Part shown: piece by piece, positions 1-10,062 of the stretch
Layout of the letters: every line of letters begins with the position of its first letter
Position numbering within the stretch: the stretch's first letter is position 1
Source: Candidatus Melainabacteria bacterium 17Bon1m
GTDB taxonomy: Bacteria > Cyanobacteriota > Vampirovibrionia > Obscuribacterales > Obscuribacteraceae
Assembly: GCA_032128875.1 (NCBI GenBank)
Contig: JAVLKG010000001.1
Span: 576,001 to 640,000, forward strand
Reading direction: 5' to 3'
DNA length: 64,000 nucleotides
Notes under the pieces: generated by a model
Told to the model about the DNA's origin: nothing
What the model saw: only the letters and a program-made list of their open reading frames with translations
The model's database searches: none
Program-made: the position numbers and the translations under genes

Positions 1-855
1 GGGAATCAATTCGGTCAGCAGTACGGAAACGGCTATAACAATTACGGACAGCAGTTCGGTGGCGGCTTTAACCAGTTTGGCGGATATCCGAATAACGGAA
101 TGTCCAACTTCAATTCCGGCAATATGACGTCCAGTCTCAATACGCTCGACACCAACGCAGACCAGCTTTCAGGGCGAATTCAAAGATTTCTGCAATCCAC
201 CGGCCGATGGGCGCCGCAGCCGAAGGGTAATGACATGCAGGTTTGCGTAGCAATGCAAGCGCTAAAGCAGCAAATTGGGCAAGTGAAACGCAGCGCAGGC
301 GGAAATATGACTCCTCAGTTGCAAATGCAACTGACTCAGCTGCAACAGTCTGCCAACAATTTGGTCAACACGATGCAAATCGCTGGAATAGACCCGGGCA
401 CGCGAGGTCAGGCTCAAATGTTGCGTGACAATATTAGTCAAATGTTGTCGATGTCCAGCATCACCAATGGTGGCAACGCGATTAATCCTTTTTGGAACAT
501 GGGTCAACCTTATGGTGGTAGTCCGATGCTCCATGTAAATCAATCAGGGCGCGGGCAGCTCACTGTCATGGGGCAGCAATATATGCGTTTTCGTGATCTA
601 TCTGTGGAGACTATCGACCCGGTCAGTCGTAGAGTTCGCGCATCGTTTTCTGGTGGTCGAGATGGAGTCATTTTGTCTGGTCCGATTACCAATCAGACCA
701 TGAACGGAATTACCATCGCGGTTGATTCCTCCGACAAAGGTTCGGTCAATGGAGTGCTAAATATCAGCTTCGTATCCAACGGGTCTATCGGTAATGTCAG
801 CTCAACCGGGCAAATGAACGGACAGGGCTACGCTATTCAGTTCAACGGGAATTAG
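1..855 (+). CDS. Hypothetical protein, 5'-truncated by the window edge; G/N/Q/Y/F-rich low-complexity segment followed by helical and beta-rich regions
   Basis: Frame of ORF 100..855 is open back to base 1 (GNQFGQQYGNGYNNYGQQFGGGFNQFGGYPNNG-M...); ends TAG. Confidence 0.75.
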   Translation, partial: GNQFGQQYGNGYNNYGQQFGGGFNQFGGYPNNGMSNFNSGNMTSSLNTLDTNADQLSGRIQRFLQSTGRWAPQPKGNDMQVCVAMQALKQQIGQVKRSAGGNMTPQLQMQLTQLQQSANNLVNTMQIAGIDPGTRGQAQMLRDNISQMLSMSSITNGGNAINPFWNMGQPYGGSPMLHVNQSGRGQLTVMGQQYMRFRDLSVETIDPVSRRVRASFSGGRDGVILSGPITNQTMNGITIAVDSSDKGSVNGVLNISFVSNGSIGNVSSTGQMNGQGYAIQFNGN

Positions 856-922
856 TCTAAAGCTTCATGAAATCCCTTAGATGCGGGGTCCGACCACGCA
901 TTCAATCAGTTAAAATTACTGA

Positions 923-2839
923 ATGGCACTCATAAAAAATCCCCGGGCAACTGCAATCGCGAACAACTTCGCGAATAGGCTCGTGAGCAAAACTCCCGTT
1001 TTAAATAAAGCGAGTAAGTTTTTGAGCCTGGCATCTTGCATTCTTCTTTCGAGCAACATTCCGGCAATCTCTTCCGCGTACTTCGATTTGGAAAAGGAAT
1101 GGATAAAGACCTTCAACGAGGGAGTGACTGCGCTCGATTCCAATCTTTATGGCAAGTCTGAACCGTTGCTGAAAGAGGCTGTAGATCTTTCTGCGCGCTT
1201 CGGTGCTGGTGATCCGCGTTATCCGAAGAGTCTAGGCGAGCTCGGACGGCTGTACACGATTCGGCGTAGATATGCCGAAGCAGAGCCACTTTTAGAGCAG
1301 CAATTGCATTTTACGGAAGTTCAGTTGGGCAAGAATAGTGGGAAAACCATTCCTGCTCTCGGGCAATTGATAAAGTTCTACATTATGTATGGAACCGCCA
1401 GCAAAGCCGATCCGCTTGCTGAGGAGTTGCTTGGATTTATCGACGGAAAGATGCGCGAAGATGCAGAGCTGAATGCCGAGCATACCACCGCTGCTAAAGG
1501 GAAGGTGCTCACGGCCTGGGCTGGAACCGCACCACCTGCAACACACATTCCTCGTATGGATTGGGCTGTTACGTGCGATCGCCTCGGCGATTTGTATCGA
1601 TATAGAAAGAACTTCGACATGGCAGAACGCTTTTATAAAGCGGGTCTCGACATCAAAGTCACTATCATGGGCAAAGAGCACATGTCGATGGCTGTGAGCT
1701 ACGACAATCTCGGGACGCTGGCGCTCGACAAAGAAGAATACAGGGATGCGGAAGATTATTTCCGAGAGTCGCTGGAAACAACGCAGAAGATAATGGGCAA
1801 TGGCGACCCTGATACCTACGCGCGTTTGGACCGCCTCGCGAAGGCGCTGATCAAAGAGAAGAAGTTTGACGAAGCAGAGAAAACTTATTACAGAGCGCTG
1901 GAAATTTGGAAGGACGAACCGAGCGCTGCTGGTGCAAAAGCTCGTTGTTTGTATCAACTTGGTTCGATGCAGTGCGACATTGGTCGCTTCGGATCGGCTG
2001 CCGGACTGCTGAGTCAAGCGTTAAATCTTTCCGTGAAAGCGAACGGGTCTTTGTCCTATTACAATGTGCCTTACATGCGAAAGTTGGCATACGCTTTGTA
2101 TTACTGCGGTCGCCGAGGTGAATCGGACGGATTGAAGTCGCGTGCAAACTGGCTTGCTGACGGCATGGAAGAGCCGAAGCCTGCGGAAAAAACTGCAGCT
2201 AAAACCGATGTGAAAACCGCAGCGAAGCCCGCTGAGAAAACTGCCGACAAGCCTGGCGTTAAGCCCGACGATAAAACATCAGCAAGCGGAAAGTCCGCCG
2301 AAAAGCCAGGCGCAAAGCCAGGCGCAAAGCCAGGTGACAAGACTGCTACGGTGGCAAAAGATGCAGTTTCTAAAACCGGAAAACTTGCCGGCGAGAAAAC
2401 GAAAGTCTCAGATGCTTATGACCCGGATAAGAAGTTCGTCAAGCCAGGCACTGCCACTGCCCTTGAGACTATCAAGTCTATGCGCGAGCAGGGTAAGTCT
2501 GGACCAATGAAGCCCGTCGCTGAAGACGAAGATGAAAAGCCGATGAACCTCATGAAGATGATGCGTGAGGCAGAAGCGGGCTCTCGAGCGCAGAGCCAAG
2601 CACCGGCTCAGCACTCAGCGCAACCAACAGTCGCAACTCCGCAGGCTGCACCCCAGGTTGAGGCGCAGCCGCCTCAAGTTGCTCAACCGATTGAACCACA
2701 ACAATCGCCTCAGCCTGCACCTCCCCCGCAGGAGTCCTCGGTTCAGACGCAACCTGCAGATGCACAAGCCCCGCCGCCCTCCTCGATTTCCGCTCCTAAG
2801 GAGGGCGCAACTCGCGCGCCCATTCCTGGCGCGAACTGA
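923..2839 (+). CDS. Tetratricopeptide-repeat protein (TPR_12/kinesin-light-chain-like) with K/P/A- and Q/P-rich disordered C-terminus
   Basis: Repeated motifs such as SLGELGRLY..RRYAEAEPLL and SYDNLGTLAL..EEYRDAEDYF; KPGA repeats; low-complexity tail. Confidence 0.85.
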   Translation: MALIKNPRATAIANNFANRLVSKTPVLNKASKFLSLASCILLSSNIPAISSAYFDLEKEWIKTFNEGVTALDSNLYGKSEPLLKEAVDLSARFGAGDPRYPKSLGELGRLYTIRRRYAEAEPLLEQQLHFTEVQLGKNSGKTIPALGQLIKFYIMYGTASKADPLAEELLGFIDGKMREDAELNAEHTTAAKGKVLTAWAGTAPPATHIPRMDWAVTCDRLGDLYRYRKNFDMAERFYKAGLDIKVTIMGKEHMSMAVSYDNLGTLALDKEEYRDAEDYFRESLETTQKIMGNGDPDTYARLDRLAKALIKEKKFDEAEKTYYRALEIWKDEPSAAGAKARCLYQLGSMQCDIGRFGSAAGLLSQALNLSVKANGSLSYYNVPYMRKLAYALYYCGRRGESDGLKSRANWLADGMEEPKPAEKTAAKTDVKTAAKPAEKTADKPGVKPDDKTSASGKSAEKPGAKPGAKPGDKTATVAKDAVSKTGKLAGEKTKVSDAYDPDKKFVKPGTATALETIKSMREQGKSGPMKPVAEDEDEKPMNLMKMMREAEAGSRAQSQAPAQHSAQPTVATPQAAPQVEAQPPQVAQPIEPQQSPQPAPPPQESSVQTQPADAQAPPPSSISAPKEGATRAPIPGAN

Positions 2840-3066
2840 ATCTTCTGCAATCTCTATATAGTCAATAGATTGGTTCTTACTAACCTGGAATCCGGTCAGT
2901 TTCTTTCTTGACAATCTTCACTGTTCCTACCTGCGCCAGCCTGACTCCTTAACTGGTGGGCTTTTTCCGTCTTTTATCGAGCTATTAACGATTGAAAAGC
3001 TGGAAGAGCCCCCCGGGCTTGGAGTCCGCCCATTGTGATAATATGAATAACCTATCAAAGACCTAT

Positions 3067-3140
3067 CTGCCCGTAGCCCAGCTGGATAGAGCGCATGGCT
3101 ACGAACCATGAGGTCGGGAGTTCGAATCTCTCCGGGCAGG
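3067..3140 (+). tRNA. tRNA-Arg (anticodon ACG)
   Basis: Acceptor stem CTGCCCG/CGGGCAG, D-loop AGCTGGATAGA, anticodon arm CATGG-CT-ACG-AA-CCATG, T-loop GTTCGAATC; CCA not encoded. Confidence 0.97.
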
Positions 3141-3198
3141 TATATAGAACGGCTTTCTCTGAGCGGCAACGTAAAGATTGAGCCGTTTTTTATTGGGG
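3099..3198 (+). repeat. attL-side copy of the direct repeat (tRNA 3' half plus downstream hairpin)
   Basis: CTACGAACCATGAGGTCGGGAGTTCGAATCTCTCCGGGCAGGTATATAGAACGGCT...TATTGGGG, repeated at 14245. Confidence 0.93.
3148..3192 (+). terminator. Probable intrinsic terminator after tRNA-Arg
   Basis: AACGGCT...AGCCGTT stem running into a T tract. Confidence 0.55.
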
Positions 3199-3343
3199 CG
3201 GGCGATAAGCAATTATGGCCCCTATATGGACCCTTTGGCATCCAAGTTGATCAATGGAAAAATAACTCGGGGCCATAGGTTTAGCGCGAATAACCATAAG
3301 GTCGCGGAACTTGTTTTTTTACTCCAAGGCTGTGTGATCACTG

Positions 3344-3985
3344 ATGAGCACTTACGACCTAAGAACATGTAGCTACGACGAGTTTCTCGATTTCGTCTTC
3401 GAGCATCCAGTCGAGAAGGAGCATTGGTATTGGGAGTCAGGGTTAAAGGTTTTGTACGATGTAAATCGAAACGCAGAACTTCTCACGAAACTTTTTAGCA
3501 ACGCTAGGCCACTCTTGGACAGTTACACGCGCGAGCAGCTAGAACAAGGCTTTTGGGCGCTCCAGAGCGGCTGCGTTGACGGGCTTGTGGAAGATGTGAT
3601 GTTTGAGCAGTCCGTTCCATTTGAAAGACGAGCTGAATTTATTCGCTCTATGTTCCTGCTTTATCGAGATCTCTTTTCGATTGATGCTCTTGAGACGTCA
3701 AGTAACATGTGGTGGGACTGTATTTCCAGCGACTATGCAATTCGCCGCCGCTCGCAAGATACCTCGGAAGACGATAGGAATATTCAAGACGTGATGTTCG
3801 AGACACTGACTAAGATTCTCTATCTAGATTCGGAGGAGTGTCAGGGAGCCGCTCTACATGGACTTGGTCATCTCCGTCACCCAAACACGGAAAAGGTGAT
3901 TCGCGATTGGATTGCCACACAGCCGGAGCTTCCTGAAGACGATCTTGAATTTGCAGAAGCTTGTATTACCGGCGATATTATGTAG
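3344..3985 (+). CDS. Hypothetical acidic, alpha-helical protein
   Basis: 213-aa ORF with natural composition; HEAT-like C-terminal motif CQGAALHGLGHL. Confidence 0.75.
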   Translation: MSTYDLRTCSYDEFLDFVFEHPVEKEHWYWESGLKVLYDVNRNAELLTKLFSNARPLLDSYTREQLEQGFWALQSGCVDGLVEDVMFEQSVPFERRAEFIRSMFLLYRDLFSIDALETSSNMWWDCISSDYAIRRRSQDTSEDDRNIQDVMFETLTKILYLDSEECQGAALHGLGHLRHPNTEKVIRDWIATQPELPEDDLEFAEACITGDIM

Positions 3986-4754
3986 GAGCAGGCATTTCCC
4001 GCTTTCCACTGGTTGACTTGAACAAGTCGATCTTAAGCGGGAGGTCCGCATTATCAGGGGAAAGACCTACAAACCAAATCTTTTGAATATGCTTTGATGT
4101 AAGAGCATCTCTAAACTGTTCAGTTACTTCAAACAAGCTAACATGAGCAGCTTCATCCCAGTGTGCGTAGTCATCAATCACAATGCACAACCAATTGTGT
4201 TTGTTTGTCCATTCTTTCTTGACTTTCTTGCCAATTCTATCTGTGACAGCGTCCACAAGTTTAGCTTGTAGGCTAGTCACTTTTTCAAGTTCGACCGCGC
4301 AACCAGAACCTGCTTTTCGCAACCGAGCAACATCATTCCCTGTATGACCAGAGAATGAGATAACACGCCCCTTCGCAAGTTCATCAGCTACGAAATCCGT
4401 CAATAAATGGTCTTTGGTAGAAGTAATTTCCACATAGAACGATTCACTTTCCAGTATCACCTCACCGTCAGCTAGCGGTTTGTCCAAGTATCTAACCTTT
4501 ACTTGTTCATTGTCTTGCCCGAATTCTGCAGCGCAAACCTTCGCAAGTATTTCCATTTCGTGTACAAATTGTTTTCGACGGAATTTCTTGTCTTCGAGGC
4601 AATGCTCTGAACTCAAAAGGAGCGATTCTCGAACACAGGCACAATATGCGATGTAGTCGCGCACCGTGTAGGTTGCGAACCTCTTAGATTTGGATACGAT
4701 TTGATTTCTAGGTTCAATAGACATGATTGGACCATCATAACTCAGCTCGGACAT
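3978..4754 (-). CDS. Hypothetical protein, possible PD-(D/E)xK nuclease fold
   Basis: 258-aa ORF; LADGEVIL...FYVEITS and WLCIVIDD motifs resemble restriction-endonuclease-like cores. Confidence 0.55.
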   Translation of the reverse strand: MSELSYDGPIMSIEPRNQIVSKSKRFATYTVRDYIAYCACVRESLLLSSEHCLEDKKFRRKQFVHEMEILAKVCAAEFGQDNEQVKVRYLDKPLADGEVILESESFYVEITSTKDHLLTDFVADELAKGRVISFSGHTGNDVARLRKAGSGCAVELEKVTSLQAKLVDAVTDRIGKKVKKEWTNKHNWLCIVIDDYAHWDEAAHVSLFEVTEQFRDALTSKHIQKIWFVGLSPDNADLPLKIDLFKSTSGKREMPAPT

Positions 4755-4823
4755 CCTTTGCCGTATTGACGGATGCCGATATGAGACAGCCTCATTACTA
4801 AAAGCATTGACGAGAGACAGCCC

Positions 4824-5272
4824 TTATTTTTTCGTTGCGTTGCTTTCTGCTTTCAAATTTTGACCGGTGTAGCGTAAGGGTTTGCCGTCAGTGGTTTTCA
4901 TATACACATCACAAATAATTGTTCCGCCCTCATTGGGGGAGTCGCCGCCTGAGTTTGGCGATACAACAAGCATTGTCTTTGTCGTACCGACTGAATAGTG
5001 TGCGATGAATCTGGGAATGTGTCCGCCTCGTCCGCATACACCTCTGCCGCAGATTCGCCCCAATCTATAGCATCAGGAAAGCCGGTTCCGAATGTACGTA
5101 TTTTGACTTTGTCGTCGTCTTTGCGGATTGTGATTCTGTGGAGATGTCCTTTATACGTGCTGACATAGGTTGTGCACCAGTTGTCTACAGCATCAGCATT
5201 GGCAGATGGGGGCAAAGCCAGCGAATTGCAGGCAAGTGCGATTGCAGGTAATATCCAACTCTTTCTTGCCAT
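4824..5272 (-). pseudogene. Secreted hypothetical protein split by a 1-nt frameshift near 5013
   Basis: Signal peptide MARKSWILPAIALACNSLALPPSANA in ORF 4898..5272; after ...ADTFP the plausible continuation RFIAHYSVGTTKTMLVV... lies in the frame of ORF 4824..5063. Confidence 0.55.
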
Positions 5273-5946
5273 AGGTATTGCTCTCCGTGGGGCGGCGCGA
5301 ATAGCATATCAGTCTTTTACTTGCAAGGAAACGCCGGAAATCCGTAGGTGCGGAATGTTGATCTTGTTTGCTGGGTGGTACCATTTGCGGTGGCATGCCG
5401 CGTGAAAAATCCTTTGATTTCGGCAAAATTCTAGAGCGTGATGAAAACCGGCAATCGTTCATTGCAATCAAAGGCAATCAACATTTAGCAAAGGCGCTCT
5501 GTGAAATTCTTGCCGGACATAAGTTTCGGGAAATCGGGCGCCGCAAAAATGCGATAGTTGCAAATGTTGTTCGGGCTGGAGATGCGGATCTTCATACTGA
5601 TTTCTGTTGGGCACGCCGCAAAGGGCAACAGTAATCGCATGTACAGTCATTGGGCGCCTCGCGCGCTTATCCTGCCTGTCGGACCCATTGTTTTAGGCTA
5701 TTTCGACTAATTTTGGGTGCTTCTTCTAGTCTCGGGTCGATGAAAAAATGCGTCCTGCATACGAGGAATTCCCCCGCAGGCATCTGCCGTTCTGGCGGAA
5801 TACCGTCGAACTTGGGTCCTGGAGTGAAGCCTGCCAAAGGCATCCGAAGGACTTGGGCTTCGCTCCGGGAGTTAGGCGGTAGGCTGGTCGCCTGGCAGAT
5901 CGGCGGGGCTACCTCCAAAGTCACTTGGGTAATGGTCATGTAGCAA

Positions 5947-6597
5947 TCATGCGGTTGGGTCAAACGGTTCTGTGTCATCAATGTAGCTGATGTTATAAGT
6001 GGACAAGATTCCACGGAAGGTATCAATCAGTTTCGGCGACAAGAAACTATCTGACTCAAGATGCTTAAGTTTTTTGCTCGCTCTTTCGTAGAGTGCGATG
6101 CTATTGAGGTTTGGATCAATTCGAGATCGGTAGACTAACCCGTCTGCATCGCTATTTCTCCAGAAGAAAAGAGACCATCGCTGCGCAATCCGATAATTTC
6201 CAGTTGTTAGTCGCGCATCAGCACCAATCTGAGCCAATCCAGGTCCAGTTAAATCAATCAAACGTAAAGACGGGCTTATAATCTCAATCGTCGCAAGCCT
6301 GCGCCTCTCAAGTTCAGTTTTAGTAATTTCGCTGGCACTAGCAGTGTCATGCCTGTACGTCTCAAGAAAGCAGCACTGTACAGTTGGCGCAAAATAACAG
6401 GTTCCAAATTCTTTCGCAGGCGCATTGAACCTATAGTCATCACCAGTACTAAAGAATAGAGGACTGTGCTCTTTCCTGTGGCTTCTGAATAGTGCATCTT
6501 CGAAGTTTGCAAGCGTAAAAGTTAAGTCACCTAATCCTTTCGGTGGCTCAGGATGTTCGCCTGGTCCTAGCTCGTTAGATTGAACCTTGCTCGCCAT
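5947..6597 (-). CDS. RES-domain toxin (NAD+ phosphorylase / ADP-ribosyltransferase-like)
   Basis: RES motifs: YRFNAP..FGTCYFA, CFLET, DGLVYRSR, IALYER. Confidence 0.9.
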   Translation of the reverse strand: MASKVQSNELGPGEHPEPPKGLGDLTFTLANFEDALFRSHRKEHSPLFFSTGDDYRFNAPAKEFGTCYFAPTVQCCFLETYRHDTASASEITKTELERRRLATIEIISPSLRLIDLTGPGLAQIGADARLTTGNYRIAQRWSLFFWRNSDADGLVYRSRIDPNLNSIALYERASKKLKHLESDSFLSPKLIDTFRGILSTYNISYIDDTEPFDPTA

Positions 6598-7243
6598 AAA
6601 GCTTTGCGGCTCGGTTTACTGCGTTGATATCTCCGCTTCTTAAGGCCTGCAGCGGACTTCTCATTTCGAGGGCTGCATTGGGCCTCACCATGAATGAAAG
6701 TTTCATCCATGGGTCAAAATCATTCAGCGTTTGAAGAACTTTGTCCAATCCAGGTAATAACTTTCCTCTTTCAAGCTGCCACATTGGAAAAACTGGTGCA
6801 CCATTGACGGTGTCAATGCCAATTATTTTTCCGTCCTTTCTGATATCGGACAGGAGGCTTGTCGATATGTTTAACGATTTGGCAAATTCTTCTGCTGAAA
6901 GATAACCGCCTTCCAGTGACAGAAGATTTCTCTTCGCCAGATTTTCACTTCCTCTGTCAATAATGGCAGGGTGGGCGATTCCAAATGTTGCTCTAGGAAC
7001 ATCCATACAAGACAGAATTACAGAAACGCCAGTTGGCCAGTAGACTGTAGAGGGCTCTACGCTGACGGAAAAGGTTGCTATGCTCGACTCGTAATCGGGG
7101 CGTACAAAAAAATAGTTGGTGTGAACCACGGGTTTTCTATGTACAACTTGTCTGTCATTTTGCATGCATAGAGTTGCGTGCTTACCGGCGATAACTTGTA
7201 TAGGAAATCGGATCTTCTCTTTTTCAATTGTCAGTTTAGACAT
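6575..7243 (-). CDS. Antitoxin with C-terminal Xre/MbcA/ParS-like toxin-binding domain and a long N-terminal extension
   Basis: HTH-like LSAEEFAKSLNIS, FPMWQ, and C-terminal FMVRPNAALEMRSPLQALRSG; overlaps the RES start; ATG at 7243 overlaps the upstream stop. Confidence 0.8.
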   Translation of the reverse strand: MSKLTIEKEKIRFPIQVIAGKHATLCMQNDRQVVHRKPVVHTNYFFVRPDYESSIATFSVSVEPSTVYWPTGVSVILSCMDVPRATFGIAHPAIIDRGSENLAKRNLLSLEGGYLSAEEFAKSLNISTSLLSDIRKDGKIIGIDTVNGAPVFPMWQLERGKLLPGLDKVLQTLNDFDPWMKLSFMVRPNAALEMRSPLQALRSGDINAVNRAAKLYGEQGSI

Positions 7244-8078
7244 TTCTCTTTTTCCATATTTTTTGTTGCGCGTTGTCGCTCGTAATATCCTCAAATGCTT
7301 TTACTATCCAGGTTCTAGCCATATCAAACCAGTCTTTGGTAAACTCTAAAGATCTGTTTTTCGAGATGCCTCGCGCGGTTATTGTTAATTGCAAGACCGG
7401 AGCTCTATCTTCTATTCTTGCCGCGCTAAGAATTGAGATGTGAAGTCGCCCAGTTTCCTGCGGCATTACAAAAGTTGTGTTCCAGTTGAAAGTCTCTGGT
7501 GGAGGCAAGAACCGCTTTTCGGAATTGCGCCATGAAAAATCAGGTACTACAGATCCTACATCTGCATTATTGCTCCAACCTTGTTTGGCTGGAATGAGGT
7601 TAACATATGTCATCTCATACTGAGTTGGTTCTATTTCTCCCAGATTTGACGCTTTTACAAACCCGTATAGCCGGTTTAGTTGTAACTGAAACAGTTCGAA
7701 GACTTTCGCATAACGAGGATATGTTTGGTCTGAGTTGACTTTCTTCCAATTCACTAACAGTCGGTCAGGCTGAAACTGAACAATCTCAGATTCATCTTCG
7801 TTGAAAAACCATACGCGTGGAAGGGGAGGAATTTGCTTTAGCTGAATGGAGGGCTGCGGTTGAGGGGAGAATTGCTCCATTACCGGAGCCAGAGGTGGAA
7901 GCTCACGACAAAACATATATTCAGGATGAAATTGTTGCCAAAGTAAGCCGATATGCGGAGATGCCAAATTTGTGAGTTCTTTGAACTGGATGCCGCAGAC
8001 GACCTCAACTATAGGCGGAGCATCAAAGTCCGGTAAAGAACTTTTGGGGTCTATTTTTGGGGTACGCTTGGAAGGCAT
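7236..8078 (-). CDS. TIGR04255 family protein
   Basis: N-terminal PPIVEVVCGIQF, RVWF..DESEIVQFQPDRLLVNW, YPRY, YVNLI and C-terminal FEDIT..AQQKIW match this family. Confidence 0.8.
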   Translation of the reverse strand: MPSKRTPKIDPKSSLPDFDAPPIVEVVCGIQFKELTNLASPHIGLLWQQFHPEYMFCRELPPLAPVMEQFSPQPQPSIQLKQIPPLPRVWFFNEDESEIVQFQPDRLLVNWKKVNSDQTYPRYAKVFELFQLQLNRLYGFVKASNLGEIEPTQYEMTYVNLIPAKQGWSNNADVGSVVPDFSWRNSEKRFLPPPETFNWNTTFVMPQETGRLHISILSAARIEDRAPVLQLTITARGISKNRSLEFTKDWFDMARTWIVKAFEDITSDNAQQKIWKKRNV

Positions 8079-8201
8079 AAAAGCTGTCTGAATTTAAGGT
8101 TCAACCTCTAGTATAACCCGGCCGCCGGAAAAGCAGTCCGTTCATGCAATCATTCTGATTTGCACCCTCAGGAGTTCAACTCCAAGGATCTTCAAAAGAG
8201 C

Positions 8202-9188
8202 TCACCCGTTGACTTCTTGAAACCGTAGATCGAAGCGCATACGTCCCGGCTGACAATCAGCGAGAAGAGTCTGATAGAACTTCAGAAGTTTTTGAGAATC
8301 AGTGTCCGAAAGTATTGGTTCTATATCAACATGGATGTGATCAATTGGCGTGTGTGACAAAGGAATCGTGAGGCTTTGAAATAAAACCTTCATAAACTGT
8401 AGCTCTTCCTCAGTGGGTTGAAAGAGAAAGCTGAGTTCCAGAATTTTTGTCCTGCTTCCGTGCGCATATAGACATCGATCTGACAAATCCACAATGCAAG
8501 TTGCAATTGCTTCCAAAAGAGTCCGCATGAAAGTATAAATTGTTCTGTTTAAGTACATGACAGGACTTCGTCCCTTTGCACCAAGATTAGTGCGGCCAAA
8601 ATAACCATACGTCCGCTCATTCCACACGATTATTGGCACGATGCTATGAACCAGCGCGTTTCCGTGCTTAAGGTTGTTGTACATCTGCCAATGCGTTTGT
8701 AATCCAAGCCATTTACTTGCCATCCTCGCAGTTCTCACAATAACGGCGATGTTTTTTTGTCTTATATTTTCTAACGGTTCATAGAGTTCCTTTGGTAAAC
8801 TCTGTTCAACTGGGGCATAGAACATCAAGCTTCGCACTATATCCGGTGTCAAAGCCTTTAGTACATTTTGTGGTTTGATTTTCTTCCCCACATTGATGGA
8901 AAACATTTCTATGGGCTGCTGCAGGGCTGAAAGCAACGTGGCAAAATCTTCAATCAGTAAGCACAGCCGTTCGAACAATTCGAGGTAGACTCTAGCTTCC
9001 ATATCATAATTCCTTGATGCTTCTGAGGGTGAAAGAGAATCAGGGAAGGTAAGGGCTTCGAGAAAGTTTCTATGTTCATCAAGCATGAACATCCTGACGC
9101 GTACAGCGTCGTCCCTAAAACTTGTAAGCATTGCGAGTGACCACTGAAACTCGCTCGGATTTTCAAATTTCGCAGATATTTCTGGCAT
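8202..9188 (-). CDS. Hypothetical protein, HEPN-like
   Basis: 328 aa, helical; IEDF helix and YNNLKHG motif resemble a variant HEPN Rx4-6H site. Confidence 0.55.
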   Translation of the reverse strand: MPEISAKFENPSEFQWSLAMLTSFRDDAVRVRMFMLDEHRNFLEALTFPDSLSPSEASRNYDMEARVYLELFERLCLLIEDFATLLSALQQPIEMFSINVGKKIKPQNVLKALTPDIVRSLMFYAPVEQSLPKELYEPLENIRQKNIAVIVRTARMASKWLGLQTHWQMYNNLKHGNALVHSIVPIIVWNERTYGYFGRTNLGAKGRSPVMYLNRTIYTFMRTLLEAIATCIVDLSDRCLYAHGSRTKILELSFLFQPTEEELQFMKVLFQSLTIPLSHTPIDHIHVDIEPILSDTDSQKLLKFYQTLLADCQPGRMRFDLRFQEVNG

Positions 9189-9225
9189 TTAAAAGGTCCT
9201 CATTGTTTTTCTTTCGTACCGAGTT

Positions 9226-10044
9226 TCAGCATTTTTCATGCCTAACGAGGTTTGGCATGTTTTTGTCGAACTCATCGATTTCGGCTGATGTTTGCTCTCG
9301 TTCGTTTTCATCTCCGAAAATGTCAAATTGGAGGCAATACTTCATGAAGAGCGAATGTGTAAATTCAGCCGTTTTTGCCTTTTGAAGAAAAATTGTTTCA
9401 CTATAGCCTGCCATCTGCTCAGCAGACGGATCCTCTTTGAGTTCGAGGCTAAATGCGTCCTTCTGCCAGCTCTCACTGATAGTCTCGTCTATAAAGAGTG
9501 CGCGAAATTCAGACCAATCTTTATTGGCGTACAAAATGCCAAAGTCCTTTTTTTCTACTATTCGCGCAAGACCATTCGAGACAGCGCTGAGATCTATGTG
9601 AGAGGAAAGCTGATTGCGCACATACCCAAAACTCGCAGCGTTGATTGTAAACAACGTATTCAATTCTGCCAATCTTTCGGAGAGTTCCTCATCGGAAATA
9701 ATCATGTTCCACAGACTTGGAGGAGTTTTGCTCGTCCTCCTTTGCTTTCGGCATTCTTCAATTTTCTCGTTGATCGTGCTTATGCAGTCGTACAGTGCTG
9801 AATAGACGATAGCTGATTGTTGCCTAAGCAAGAATAAAGATGCGCCATCATGCCTTTTGCAGCGCAAATAATCTGTTTGTTCAACTCTTTTCAATGCATG
9901 AGACAGCACGACCAACGAATCTAAGTCATTCAATGCAGCCAATAGCCGCAGCAAATATTTACTCTGTGGTGCTGTCTTCAGCTTCTTAAGACGAACCAGT
10001 GCGAAAGATGGCCGATTTACCATTGCGCCTCTGCTCCAAGTCAC
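9226..10044 (-). CDS. HEPN-domain protein (AbiU2-like putative RNase)
   Basis: All-helical ORF with the canonical RNxxxxH motif (VRNQLSSHID). Confidence 0.65.
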   Translation of the reverse strand: MTWSRGAMVNRPSFALVRLKKLKTAPQSKYLLRLLAALNDLDSLVVLSHALKRVEQTDYLRCKRHDGASLFLLRQQSAIVYSALYDCISTINEKIEECRKQRRTSKTPPSLWNMIISDEELSERLAELNTLFTINAASFGYVRNQLSSHIDLSAVSNGLARIVEKKDFGILYANKDWSEFRALFIDETISESWQKDAFSLELKEDPSAEQMAGYSETIFLQKAKTAEFTHSLFMKYCLQFDIFGDENEREQTSAEIDEFDKNMPNLVRHEKC

Positions 10045-10062
10045 TCGCTGCTCTCTGCTGAC

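Noticed and set aside
5273-5946. Short ORFs (5368..5634 +, 5667..5939 -) as real genes
   Set aside because: No recognisable motifs or clear RBS. 5667..5939 follows the RES stop closely and may be real, but cannot be supported.
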